Of a DNA stretch of 64,000 nt, positions 1 to 12,823 are shown in pieces. The position numbers and the translations under genes are program-made. The DNA comes from Utricularia gibba (Eukaryota; Plantae; Magnoliophyta). The notes beneath the pieces were generated by a model. The model had not been told where the DNA came from and searched no databases. It was given only the letters and a program-made list of their open reading frames with translations. Within the stretch, counting starts at the first letter, position 1. Every line of letters begins with the position of its first letter. The DNA lies in contig CM007992.1 of the NCBI GenBank assembly GCA_002189035.1, positions 1,612,001-1,676,000 of the forward strand. Direction: 5' to 3'.

Positions 1-1
1 T

Positions 2-1537
2 AAAAGAGCTGGCTCAAGGTTGAAAAGCCGCATTGTCGCTGAGCAGTCTATTGTGAAATGGTCTCAAATGATTGACCAAATGGAACCTGACGTGTCATTA
101 ATTCTCCAGGAAGAAAGGTATCTACTTGCTTTTCCTTCTGTAGGATGATTCCATAGAAAGTTTTTGACATTAAGTTTTTTCTAGGGAAGAAATGGCTCTT
201 CGAAAAGCTGAAATGGAGGCGACAAAGGTTTGCCCACCTATTCATTTGGTTTGGTCACTGTTGTAGCGCAGATGACATGGCTTTCCTGTTATGCTGTTCC
301 TTGTGTAACTCTTTAATGCGTCAATGTGTAGGCAGAGAACATGATTGCCCACAAGGATGAAATATTTTCGCGCCCAAAAAGAACCTGGTTTGTTACAGAG
401 AAGGAGAAGAAGAATGTTGCTAAAGCCGCCAAGGCAAGCTATTCTTTTTTTTTCTTTTTGTGCATGCTGCGGCAAAGAGTTTTTTTTTTTTTCCTTTTCT
501 TTCAACAGTCTGCTTTTAAGAACAATGCATATGATTTTTCTAACGACATTCAAAGCAGAAGCTTGTATTTTCGTTTTCTGAACTATTGTGCTGTGTATTT
601 GAATGTGCATCCAATTACCTTTTTACGTGCGTTAGGTTTCATCCTGCATTGCGTAGCCTTTAGCGTTTTGCTTTGGCATAAGCGTTTGTGTTGTGCATTT
701 GTAACTTCCCTGTTGATGACCATGTCTGATGCTCCTGCCTTTCAACATTCCATCAGGAAGCTTTGGGTAACGGCCATGTTTCCACCAAAGAGGTGGTGAG
801 TGTTGAACAAGCCGAAGAATTGAGGAAAAAAGAAAAAAGAAAGAAAGAACGAGAGGTGCGTTATACTTCCATATGTTTTTTTGTAAGTGAGGCTACACTA
901 CTCTCTGCGTAAGTTGACACAATCCCCTCTCTCCAAAGAAAAATCTACCAAGGAAAAAGCGGAGAAAACTGGAGGCAGCTAGGGAGATGTTAGAGGACGA
1001 AGATGAAAAGGCAAGACTTTTTTTATTCTTCATTTTGTCTACAAAATCTTGCAAAAGTAAATTGGGTGCCCGCTGTGACGCATTTCAGTTCAGTTGTGGG
1101 TCTCATTCAGTGTTGTGGTGCCTTTACTTTGAATCCACTAGGGAGAAGAGAAAACCAACAAAGGAAAAAGCAGCATTCCCCTCGTTGATGTGGCGTATCG
1201 GAGGGCAAAAGCAGTGAAAGCTGCCAAAAAGGCTATTGATGCTGGAAAGATTTTCCGGAAGCCAGAGAAAAAGCCCAAGAATCGCCCAAAACCGAGGATG
1301 GAAGAGGAGAAGAAGGAAGTCGCTTCCCGTGATGACACGAGGGAGAAGATACGGAAGAAGGCCCCAGGAAAGGGCAAGTCAACCTTCAAGAGCAAATCAC
1401 GGTACCTCATTTTTATCATCAGCTTCTGCCGCATATTTTGCCTCCTTATCCTCGTGGGTCTAATGGCTGAGCCTCGTCCCCAGCTACAAACGCCGATAGT
1501 TTTGAAGACACTCCATCAGCCACCGTATTCGGGATGA
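2..1537 (+). CDS. RH28: 3' part of DEAD-box RNA helicase 28 (DRS1/DDX27-like), 5'-partial
   Basis: Exons 2-117, 185-227, 332-433, 757-855, 939-1010 and 1142 onward join in frame: KRAGSRLKSRIVAEQSIVKWSQMI..EEMALRKAEMEATK/AENMIAHKDEIFSRPKRTWFVTEKEKK..KNLPRKKRRKLEAAREML..KSTFKSKSR, the typical DRS1 C-terminus. True last exon is uncertain. Confidence 0.88.
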
Positions 1538-2132
1538 CTCTTCTAATTGCCCCTGGGGTGGTGTGGCGTGGCGTGGCCAAGTGTCTGACCCCGGTAAGAG
1601 GGCTGTTGTTTTATTACTTGTGATCTCCTTTCTGCTTCCGCCTTCTCTACTATGGTGGCATTTTTGTTTAATTACCCTTGACAGTGTGCATTTACCTTCT
1701 TGTTTTCAATCCTATTGAACGAGTCAGGGTAGTACGTAGTAGCATAACTCTTGTGTAGTTGAGGGAACACATGTGATGGGGTATCTTTTTGCAACATGCT
1801 TAATTAATGAAAAGACGGTGAACATTTTCTATTCTATTGTAAAGTGGGTAGTAGAGTCTGGTGGGAAGTGCAGCATTGGTTGCAATCAATTGGAACAGCA
1901 GTGAATGATAATCATATATTCCAAAGATTGTCCCGTCTAACCCCTTGTCACTAGACACGGAGATCTATGATTGTTATGGCTCGTATGGAAGAATCTGTAA
2001 ATGGTTACAGAATCTATTCCTATTCCCGGAAAAGGAAAAGCTCGAGAAGCTCCTTGCCATCTCTCATCCGGAGCGCCAAACAATAGCAGGAAAATTTCAC
2101 GATAAGTAAGAAGGCAGCAGCACCCCATTCAT

Positions 2133-3679
2133 TCAGTAAAGAAAAGGTAAGATTGCACGGCGATCCCTGGGGTAGTCGTCGAATTTACTAATATACCAGT
2201 TGTGTGTCTCCTTGGCTCCCAACCCAAGATTCGCCACCTGCGACCAGGAACCAAGCTATGTGAGACTAACCGCAGGTAACTACCTACCTCCTTACCTCGA
2301 AATTTCACCAAGGTAAAAAGGGCATACCACAAAGACCCAGAGCAGCAAAACTGTGACATCCCAAAACCCAGCAGCAATCACCAATCCACTGTAGATAATC
2401 TACGCGCAACACAGGGAAGGAAGATACAGGGTTTATCTGTGACTGAACTAGGAGTTATATTTAAGAAAGCAAAACGGCTTACAATTTCTGCTAAATAGTG
2501 AGGGGATGAAACATAGTTGAACCAATCGCCACTAGGAATAGCATAGCCTTCATCACGACTACTGTTCTTCCTCAACGAGCCCTGATGTTTTTTGGAGGCA
2601 AGAACGCGGATGTGGTATGAGTAGCTACCCACATGAATGGAGGTGCAGTCTTGATGCTAAACAAATGATAGCAAAAATCTTACCAGAATAGCGTGGCAAC
2701 GGCGCTGATGAATCCAACCCCATGAAAAGCAAGCGGCACCTGCCCATGCATACCATCTCAGATGTACAAAGGTATTCACAAACTTTTTGATGGCAAACTC
2801 TGCATACCCATCTGCCACAAAATTGACCACCTCTGATGCATGTTCACAGCAAAGGGAAAGCGGGGCTGCGGTATAAAAACTGTGGCCAGGAAAATCATTA
2901 ATCGGCGATAAAGATTCATCTGGATTGTAAGGGATTAACATGATATCAGAAATGAAATGATTGAACAGTCATGAAAGAATCATTTTTTTTGTAATTTTCG
3001 AACACTTGATTGTCAAAGCACTTCACGGGAAAATGCTGACTTACGTTAGCCCAGCGAGATAACCCATAATATGCATTCGAGCCGAGGGGCTATACTTGAA
3101 TACGTATAAGCTCTCAAAAAGGCGTCGGAGTACCTGAGTTTCCATTAAGAAAAGCAGGAACACCGAATTCCATATCCCGTTTTTGTGTTCCTTCGTTGAA
3201 GCAAGGAGTAGAGATTGATCCGAGGCTCCAAGCAATTGGCTAGTAATGCTCGGGTAAGAAACCACAGGCGCAGTTCCGAATGCACAGAGACATGTTCCAA
3301 CAAGCAACAAAGTAGTCCAAACAACTCCCAGTACGTAGAAATGGCAAAAGTACTTTTGCGGAACGCTGAATTTCTACATTTCAATAAAGGACAGTGAGCC
3401 CCAGCTACCATTCAACCCATAGGCACTCAGGTGCGACAGAAGACAGCCCAGATTCGACAATCAAATTGTAAAATCAAGCTCACGGAAAAAAGAAGTCAAC
3501 GAAAAGATGGATAAAAATTTTACATGCGATGAACATTGCAGCAATGTCTTCCCTCGCCTAGAAAACCCTGTTAACAACTCCTGAAACGAAGCGAGTTTCG
3601 GCAATGGCAGGAAGACGATTAAAATCGGCGCGATCGCCGTAACCCAATAAGCTCTCAACGCATACGCGACAGAAAACAT
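2133..3679 (-). CDS. PPRD: Polyprenol reductase (steroid 5-alpha-reductase family, SRD5A3/DFG10-like), 6 exons
   Basis: GT-AG exons give MFSVAYALRAYWV..KFSVPQKYFCHFY..VLRRLFES..ARMHIMGYLAGL..FYTAAPLSL..WGWIHQRRCHAIL/GSLR..YAIPSGDWFNYVSSPHYLAEI..VANLGLGAKETHNWYISKFDDYPRDRRAILPFLY*. Confidence 0.93.
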
Positions 3680-3851
3680 TGCAAATGGCTACCCGCACCA
3701 AAATTCAAACACCCTCGCTAAAGATCCTTCGTCGGAAGAAAGCAATCCATTTTGGGTCTTGTTGGGCCCTCGAGAACTGTATCATTGTTGAGATTCTTCG
3801 GCCCGAAATTGCCCAACTTCATGGAGTTTACAATTAAGCCCAGCTGTGCCA

Positions 3852-3875
3852 TTTTTTTTTTTTTTTTTTTTTTTT
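3852..3875. repeat. poly(T)24 tract
   Basis: Read directly from the sequence. Confidence 0.9.
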
Positions 3876-5824
3876 GTAACTTCTCATTAAGCTGTATGTT
3901 TTAGTAGAAATTATTTTTTAATTAGTTGGGGATAAATTATAAATAAATATAAATGTATTATAAATTATGTTTATATTCTTTTTTTATATATCAAATACCA
4001 TATATTTTTTAAGTTAAAAATAATACATTGAAATGAAATACGTAATTTTCAATAATTCACTATATTATGATCTTATTCTATTATAATTTATTCATAACTC
4101 ATTTGTAATCAATTTTCGTAGACTATTCATAGATTGGTTCATACTTTCATTTCTATTTTCTTCTTCAATGTCACAATCAACTCACCATTGTGCATTTATA
4201 TTTATAGTCTCATTTGAATGAAATTTTGTATCAGACTTATCAAGCAATTTTTTTCAAAGTTTTCTTTCAGTGCGAAGCTCATTGTAACAATTCTTGATGC
4301 ATTTTATGTCATAATCAATTTGACATTTTCATTGACAGTATTTTTTATATTCTCTCAACCAATAGATCTAAGAGTTATTATTGGTTGGTTACCTTTCAAA
4401 ATCTCATTAACTATTGACTTTAAGATAGCATAAGTTCTATTGTTATCACACTTGGATCTTATAAACTTTTTCTTAACTAGAACTTTGCATCTGTTATTTT
4501 TCATTTCTGATAGAAAACATCATATAAATTGAATAGAATGAATTTAATTATGCTAAAAAAACATCAATGCAGCTTAAACTGTTTTGAATCTAATTTTGCT
4601 AATTTATTGCCCTACTTGAATATATTCGCATCAAAAAATCATAATATGTGATGCCAAAAAATGTGAAAATATAATGTAATCCAACAATAAAGATATAAAA
4701 ACCTGATATAGCATTGTGAACACTATTGATAAAGTTGTAAAAATAGAGAAATTGAAACATGACAATAGAAGACACCATGTATAATGGCCAAAGGATATCT
4801 AAAGCACCAACCAATGATGTAGATGATCTTGAGGTCCAAGTATCAAAGATTTCTTGTACTGTCAAATATATTAAGAAAGTACACAATACTTCATATGGTA
4901 ACATATATCATCCAATAGAAATGAAAGCTTTGACACCGAGAACATGGTAAAGCAAAAATCCATTAGAATTAATAAGTTAGGGAAAACTTATTGTCGTAAG
5001 AATTCAAACTCAACTTAAACAAGATGTCAACTATCATAAAACTTGAATGGATGAGAAATAACGCGAGCAAAAATAAATTCATATATTTATATTTTTTCCA
5101 TTGAAGTAACTTTGGGAAATGCTTCAATACAAAAGACATACATAGCATCTAAAAAGGAAAAAATGGAGAAATAGTAAACTATGATACATTAACAAACTAG
5201 ATTCAGATTCAAATAGAATCACTTCATTCTAAAATTCCTAAAAGTCTTTTCAGATTGGATTCAGATTTCATGAAAAAAACAAAGAATGGAAAGCATGCCC
5301 AACAATGTAAAAAGTAGGAAGAAAACAAAACTAAAGGGTATCTTTCATGCCTGTTGATTGAGTAGCGCTATTCTCTGGAGAGTATAGGGCTTGAAAATTT
5401 TTTTCAATAAGTTAATATTTGTTGAATAAGTAGCATTTTCATGGCTTATGTAATAAGTCAATAAATAGTTAATTATAGTTAAAATATAATAAATAGTTGA
5501 TAACTAAAAATAGAAGTATAAATTAAAGTAGCATGTAAAATAGTTTTTTAATTTTTACTTTAAGTTATAAGAAAAAAAAATATGTCATGTATACTATAAT
5601 ATTAAATTTAGAATCTGTTTAATGGTGAAAAATTATAACATCAGTTTCGTTATCAAACATAATTAATTTTTATTCCAAAAAGAAAAAAAATTAGAAAATC
5701 TTCTTATTTTTAAAAAACCCGTAAGAGTCCGCTTTTTATTTTATCATAAACATTTTTTGAAAAATATTTGTTGGTAAATAAAGTTAAATAAAAAATTAAT
5801 TCTCGAGTTTCGAATAATAATAAT

Positions 5825-6836
5825 TGATTTTGTGTCATTCCAAAACATGTTATTCCACTACTCTTGAATGTTGTTTTTACTTATCTTAGACCCCACTTTC
5901 TCATTATTCTCAATTGATTTTGCATCTTTCACACTACTTTGATCTTTTTGGAGAGAAATTGTATTTTGTGGATTTTTAGGGTACTTTTGGTTCAATTTGA
6001 GGAGAAATTAAGACCCACCAAATTATGGACTTGATGGATCACGAATCTCAACCCAAGACTCGGTCAACCGATGAAGATTTAGTCCAAGATTCGTAGATAA
6101 GATAGAAATATGAAGATGATCTTCGAAGATTTGAATAAAATATTTGGATAGAAGATCTTATCCAAGCCCATCAAATAAGATCAATACGAATATTTAGATT
6201 GACTCTCCTATAAATACTCCACCCTCTCAACCATTAGAAACGTCTTTGACCACTTTTCCTTTGTATCTTTCCTATTTTCGTGTCCATTTTCATGTTAGAG
6301 TCGAGTCTGCACGTGTAGGCGCTTGCGGCTGAGGATCTGCGGTGAAGCCTTGCTTGCGCAAGTCTTGCGCGTGTGACTGTTTTACTATGTTTTTCGACAT
6401 TTAAATTGAGGTTAGACACATTCTGTCTAATGTGTCTGCGAGGTGTGAGATGTAGGGGTTAGATTTGGATGTGGGTAAAACATGGGTTATCATAGGAGTT
6501 GAAATGGCTCTGAAGGTGTGGTTGATTCTATAATTTCACTAAATGAGGAACGGTACTATAACGGTCACCAAGTAGCACTATTTTAGAATAACACCCCTAG
6601 AACTTGCGTAAGTAGGTCAATTCTCAAGGTTTGCAGACACGCAAGGGCGAGTTTCAAGTAAGATGAGTCCTGGATTCAAAGTCAATTTTATTATTGTTTT
6701 TAAAACCAAATATTTCTTTTATTTTCGTATTTTTTTCATTCTTTATTTGAAAAGAAAATTCCAATAACAATTCACTGTGAATACGATCTTATTTTATTAT
6801 TTCGACGTTTTCTGTGCACTTGTAGAATTACCATCA
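5825..6836 (+). mobile_element. Solo LTR (Athila-type family A), 5'-clipped, with internal deletion
   Basis: Colinear with the LTRs at 26091, 28123 and 31387 (tgattttgtgtcattccaaaacatg...gaattaccatca). Lacks ~130 bp near 6415. Confidence 0.88.
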
Positions 6837-7248
6837 AATAAATTGATCCAAGTAATTAAAATATAGAAATATTTTTCATAAGAGTTTTTCATCTTTTTGT
6901 CTCATTTTGTCATTACGTTGTTTAATAATTTTTTAATATATAAATTATCTAAAGACTGATTACTATTTTTATAATAGTGAATTAAAAATATTTATTAAAT
7001 TGAAAGTCGGTTGAATGTCAAATTCATTGGATTTGCAGGTCATTAATGACCATTAATTAATATGATCCATGTCCACGTTTATCCAGAGAGAGAAGACCAT
7101 CTTGAGAAAATGGAGGACCGGGGTCAAGTCCTGTCGGCATCGTTGAAGTTTCCACACACACGAAGACAATAAATGTAGAAGAGGAGAATGGATAAAAATG
7201 ATTTTATTAAAAAAATGAAGGATATCTCTTCATATAATAATAAAAATG

Positions 7249-7441
7249 AAGGACGTGTTTGGTTAGACGGATAGTAATAAGTAAATTTATTTTTATTCGA
7301 GATAAAATACAAAACACCAAATTTGCATTATTATTTTTATTATTTTTTGTTTCCATTGTTTCTTTTTACAAATGAATAACTTAACCAAACATATAAATAA
7401 TACTTTGTTTCCTACTAAAACACCAAATCAAACACCTCTTA
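7249..7441. mobile_element. Possible Tourist-like MITE
   Basis: Imperfect terminal inverted repeats aaggacgtgtttggtt / aatcaaacacctctt around an AT-rich core. Confidence 0.35.
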
Positions 7442-8270
7442 GGTGAGAGGCCAAATGAGAAATGAATGTTTTTTTTAATAAATTTATTATTTTTAATAAA
7501 TATTATAATATAAAATCATTTTTATTCATATCATTTATGGTGAGATTGATCATCATTATTATTAGGCAAGATAGATAATATCACTTCATTTTTATTAATT
7601 TAATTATTAACAATTTCATATGCTTTTGAATCTTGTTATTTCTTATGAAAATGATTTACAACTAAAAGTGTGAAACACATGGCATATCTGTTTTTTACTA
7701 TCACATCAAATCATTTATTTTACCAATTTAGTGCTTAACTTTATGGACCATATAGATTGAAAACTATTTGAAATTAAGTGGACACCAAATCAATGTCATG
7801 GTTTAGTTTTATTAGAAATTATATATAGTTTTAGTTGAATAAAAATATCATGTTTTTCTTTTGTTTTAATAAATATTTATAAAAAACTGATAAAAAATAT
7901 ATATTTCTATCCATCCAAATCTATACAAACTCATCAATCAAACATCCTTTTAAGGCATGTGTCTTGCACCCCTTTGACAACTATGTAATATAATGTGCAC
8001 AAACTATAATATATAATATAATACAAGTAGCATATACAAATGCACTTGTCAAAAACAGAAAAAAAAAAAGATTTCTCTTTCGCTGTTTATGATGGAATAT
8101 GTAATAAATAAATAGGGAATGTATTCATTATAGTATATTATTTCAATAGTTGCCATGTTTGAAACTTCAACGTACGGATGGATGCTCTCTGGACTTCCAT
8201 TTCTTCCAGATGATTCTGTGATTCCACATCGTTATAAAACACTATGCTGCGGAAGCAGAGCCAGACAGAC

Positions 8271-8840
8271 ATGAAGAAGGAGAAGAAGATGGGGCCTGCA
8301 GCGCTGCTCCTTGCCTTTGTCACCATGGTGATGGTCGCTACCTGCGTGCAGGGTACACAGACACAGTCGCAGGAAACCGTGAAGCGCCTTCGGTTCTACG
8401 TCCAGGACATCGTCGGCGGCGTCAACCGCACCGTGTGGGTGGTGGCGAAGACCAACCTCTCCGACAGTTTTCCTTCGAGATTCGGCACGATCCTCGTGAC
8501 GGACACTCCGTTGACGGCAGGCCCCGAAAGGGAGTCGCAATACCTGGGGCAGATTCAGGGCGTCATCGCTTATACGGACAAGGGGCACTCTGCCATCACC
8601 GTCGATGTCAACGTGATGTTCACTGAGGGGGAGTTTAAAGGAAGCTCGTTGAGTCTCGCCGGGAGAAATGAGCTCACCGATGAGGTGCGAGAGGTGTCGG
8701 TGGTTGCCGGCACGGGGGCCTTCAGATTCGCCCGTGGGTATGTGATCACTAGGACCTATTCCATCAGCCAGGATAAAACCAGAGGTGTTTATCAATACGA
8801 CGTGGTCCTTTTGCTGCCACAATTCGCTCAACACATTTGA
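8271..8840 (+). CDS. DIR: Dirigent protein, intronless and secreted
   Basis: Signal peptide, RLRFYVQD, RFGTILVTDTPLT, LGQIQG, FTEGEFKGSSL, REVSVVAGTGAFRFARGY. A TATA box at 8232-8239 makes ATG 8244 unlikely; the start is 8271 or 8289. Confidence 0.92.
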   Translation: MKKEKKMGPAALLLAFVTMVMVATCVQGTQTQSQETVKRLRFYVQDIVGGVNRTVWVVAKTNLSDSFPSRFGTILVTDTPLTAGPERESQYLGQIQGVIAYTDKGHSAITVDVNVMFTEGEFKGSSLSLAGRNELTDEVREVSVVAGTGAFRFARGYVITRTYSISQDKTRGVYQYDVVLLLPQFAQHI

Positions 8841-10286
8841 AACAGATTACAGAATTGAAGATGTGCTATCAGATCTTGTTCTTGCTGCCAGATGATCCTG
8901 TCTTGAAACTTGTCTTTTTTGTTGTGTAAGAAGCAAACAAAACAAGGACTTTAGATCTTTTTTTGTTGTCTTTTTTGGTATCAGATCTTTTTTGTTGAAA
9001 CTTGTTCTTTAGATCTTTTGTTATCTGAGTATGTTTCTCTAACCAAACAAGGACTGATCCCTGAACCTATTATTCTATGTGCCGCTCTGTCACCACTCCC
9101 AACTCGCACTATCCTGTATCTGATACAACAAAAGGGCACATCTGGCTTCTCCAGTAACCATATGGGCTGAAGTTTCTCGGCGATTAAGCAGTGTTGAAGA
9201 GGCCAGCAGCACACCAACGGCTCTTCGGAGAGTCCTTATGGTTTGACTAAGAAACTACAGGGGACATTTCCTCTTTTTCTTCACATCTGGTGCTTTCGAT
9301 TGGATCTACCGCATCTACTTGTCTCCAGCTTTTTTCCCTTCCTTTATTCGCTTAAAATTGGAAAGAAACTGCAGGGTGAATCCAGATGATTAAGAAACGT
9401 TTGGCATAATTCCCAGATGCTAAAATTAGTCCTAGCATTCCATCATCTTGAATGATGACCATCCCCTTGTCGACCCATCGATCTTTTTCCAGGTTCCCAT
9501 TCAGATGCTACTAAGTAGTAGCCAGACCAAGTTGTACAATCCATTTGCTGGTCCAAGCATTTCCACATAACTCAACACCTCATTGTTTGACTTTCATGTT
9601 TTTCACTTTCAGACTGTGCATTAACTCGTACGGGTTCTGAACTTTCCAACATCCCTTTCTTATATTTAAAAGCAGCAATCTGGTGAACTTGTTTGGACTT
9701 TACATGAGACCATATTTAGTAATTTTCGGAAATACTAACATTATTTTTCGAAAATCATTTTTGTTTTTATAGAAATGATTTATTTGAGTAAATTTTATGT
9801 TGTAAAAATTACATTTAAAAAATTCTGTTTTCTCATAAAAATTCAGTAAAAGAAACCACGTCATCCAGAAATCAATAAATATACTCATACTCATGTTCTA
9901 CTTCTGCAGTCAGAACACATCTAATAAACATTTCATCTGTGGGCGATGGAGTTTCTGAAGAATGTTTATCTACATTTGAGTTTGCGATAACACCTTTTTC
10001 GGGGTTCATTCACGACTGGTGGTTATGCGGTTTCGTGGGTATAGAAGCGAACAAAAACATCTGTTGCAGATGAATCCGGCCCAGCTCATTCTGAAAGCAA
10101 AAGGACAAAAACCTGGTCCCAATAAACGAGTTATGCTTCCCATATGAGTAACTGTAATAATGTGAAGATGGACACTTTATTCTCCTACCACGTTGTGCGA
10201 GGGCAAAATCCTTGCTTCTTCGTCTTCTTCCTCTGCTGCTGTTGAGGTGCCGCTTTCTGGAAAATTTACCCAGATTTGCTGTAAAA

Positions 10287-12181
10287 ATGGCGTCTTGGAA
10301 TGAATTTGGGGAGGTAGCAAATGTTCTTCAGTTAACTGGGTTAAATGCAGTGGCGTTGGTTGGTTTGATTGTGAAGGCGGCGAGTACAGCGAGAATGCAC
10401 AAGAAGAACTGCAAGCAGTTTGCGCAGCACGTGAAGTTGATTGGGAATTTGCTGGATCAGCTTAAGATTTCGGAGCTCAAAAAGTACCCTGAAACCCGGG
10501 AACCATTGGAGCAACTTGAGGATTCTCTTCGGAGAGCTTTTCTGCTTGTGAATAGCTGCCAAGAAAAGAGCTTTTTGTATCTGATCGCCATGGGGTGGAA
10601 CATTGTCTACCAGTTTCGTAGGGCTCAAGAAGAAATTGATCGCTACTTGAAAATTATTCCTCTCATTGCCCTTCTGGACAATGCCAGAGTCAAGGTATGC
10701 AATTTTTGTCTATCCCCATGGTTTTCTGCTTCTCTTTTCTTGATTAGGGACCAACATGCAATATTTGATATGGCTGCTACAATAAACAGTTGGTTCTTAA
10801 TCAATTTGGGCAACATCTAGTTTAAGTTGCTGAGGAACAGGCTTGGAAAAGCCTAAAATATAGAGGACGGTTTCTACTTCTGAGTCGGTTTTTAATCTTC
10901 AACTGTTGGATACCCAATATGTTTGTGTGTGTGTTAACGTTACAGGAGAGACTTGAGGAAATTGAGAGGGATCAGCGTGAGTACACCTTAGATGAAGATA
11001 TGCAGAAAATCCAAAATGCTATCTCTGAGAACAATGTGGTATTCTTGAAGAAAAGCATATCTTGTTCCTACCCAAATCTTCCATTTGACAAAGCGCTGCA
11101 AAAAGAACGCGAAAAGCTCAGCGCTGAACTTCAGCATTCTCAAGCTAATTTAGATGTACAAAAGTGCGAAGTGATAGAGCGACTCATGGAGGTTACTGAA
11201 ACAGCAGCTGCTACTTTTGTTCAGAAGGAGTCACCCCACAAAGCTTCCCGTGTCTCTAAGCCAGAAGAAGAGCATTATTCAACATTTGGTATCTCAACAG
11301 GTTCAAGGTTCCGCCCCATTTTCTGCATTCTATAATTGTAACTCAGCCCTTTTTATCATACACCTCATTGGATTCTGTAGATTCTAAAGTCGAATTGAAA
11401 ACTCTATTGAACTGTTCTTGTAGAGAAGCTAATAATATTGCTGGTGATGAGGCGTATTGGGATGGGGAATGGCATGCTGATCTGCTAGGCTGTTGCTCTG
11501 AGCCTTACTTATGTAGGCGATTCCTTCTTTGTAATGTGCTCGTTGTGATTTTCTTTCTTCTACATGATCAAGTTGATGTTTTTTTTTTTTTTACTGTTGA
11601 ATTTCAAACTACTTGCAGGTTTCAAGACCCTTTTTTGTCCTTGTGATACACTTTCAAGGATATCATCTGTGGCGAAAGGCAAAGAGATATGTATGCATTG
11701 TTTATTTACTGCAACTTCACGTCTTCTGTAATCTCCAACTCTTGATAGCTCTGTTAACAAAAGCTTTACCATGATGTTCAACAACAGCACCTGCAGAAGT
11801 GTGCAATGACATATTTGCGTATTCCTTGATACTCTCATGCTGCTGCTACACATGCTGCATCAGAAGGAAGCTCCGAGGAACTCTGCAGATTGAGGTAATA
11901 CGCCAGTTTTAGTTTAGTTGCTTCAAAATCAGCTGGCCATTTTGTTGTTGTAGGGTGGCTGCATAGACGATTTCTTGTCGCATTTCATGTGTTGTTGCTG
12001 CGCCCTTGTTCAAGAATGGAGAGAAGTGAAAATTCGAGGTTCTGGTTCTCTTGGAATCGCTGAACTTCAGCATGTTGTTGTTATCTGAATGGAGAAAGAG
12101 AAGTAACATATCTGATGTCTGTCTTCAGGTATGCAGAGAACGAGCATTAGGCCCCCTTCACACCAGAGAATGGAGCACTGA
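10287..12181 (+). CDS. MCA: MID1-complementing activity / CNR13 mechanosensitive Ca2+ channel (MCAfunc + PLAC8), 7 exons
   Basis: MASWNEFGEVANVLQLTGLNAVALVGLIVKAASTARMHKKNCKQFAQH..; exon 2 from 10946 (ERLEEIERDQREYTLD); PLAC8 part WHADLLGCCSEP..CCCYTCCIRRKLR..GGCIDDFLSHFMCCCCALVQEWRE; stop TGA 12179-12181. Confidence 0.93.
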
Positions 12182-12424
12182 ATAGATGTCTATGCAGGGT
12201 TGAATAGATGACTGTTCATTGAATCTTTTCGTACAAAGACTTCCATCATTCATCACAATTATGCATTCCCTTTTTTTTCAGTTGAAAAGATAAACAATTG
12301 GAACACATTTTTCACTGAAAATTCCCAATCCAATGCAAACAAGGTCGATATCCAAGCAAAAGCCATCTCTTAAATTCAAGGTGGTTCTCAATAGAAGGAT
12401 AGCCATGAGAAGTAGATGAAGCAA

Positions 12425-12823
12425 CTATGACAGTGCTTTTTTAGCGGCATCTTCTTCATCTTTCATTTTTCTTTCCCATTTTCTCTTACGATAGTCAGCC
12501 AACATCTGAGGCATGGCTTCCATCAATTCGGCAGTACGCTCACGCTTTTCTGCAGCTAGCCTATCTACCTTATGCCCTTTCCTCTTGGTCTTCATCTCTT
12601 TTCTTTCTGGATCGTAGGGCCAATCTGCTCCGGCAAGAAGCACTTCCTTACGGAGTCGAGCCCTACGACGAGCACTGATCCCAAGAGGCTTCCAAGCGCC
12701 GAGCTCCCAATAACCCCAGACCCCCTTGGACAACTCGTTTCTGTACTTCGCCAACTTTTCTTGCCACGGGTATTGGTATTCCCCAACTGCCTTGACAACA
12801 GATTTCACTGCCTTTCCAGCCAT
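12425..12823 (-). CDS. Mitochondrial ribosomal protein mL59 (yeast MRPL25-like)
   Basis: 132-aa single-exon ORF with GAWKPLGISARRRARLRKEVLLAG..KRKGHKVDRLAAEKR..MPQMLADYRKR. Probable 5'UTR intron up to ~13.7 kb; TGGGCC site II motifs at ~13890. Confidence 0.85.
   Translation of the reverse strand: MAGKAVKSVVKAVGEYQYPWQEKLAKYRNELSKGVWGYWELGAWKPLGISARRRARLRKEVLLAGADWPYDPERKEMKTKRKGHKVDRLAAEKRERTAELMEAMPQMLADYRKRKWERKMKDEEDAAKKALS

Noticed and set aside
1937-2128. 63-aa ORF just after the PPRD stop
   Set aside because: Lies in the 3'UTR and has no recognisable homology.
3852-3875. Poly(T) as a SINE/LINE tail
   Set aside because: No element body, Pol III boxes or clean TSD.
4599-5060. Minus-strand ORF, possibly a hAT or gene relic
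   Set aside because: No diagnostic motif could be confirmed.
8232-8834. 200-aa antisense ORF
   Set aside because: Shadow of the GC-rich dirigent CDS.
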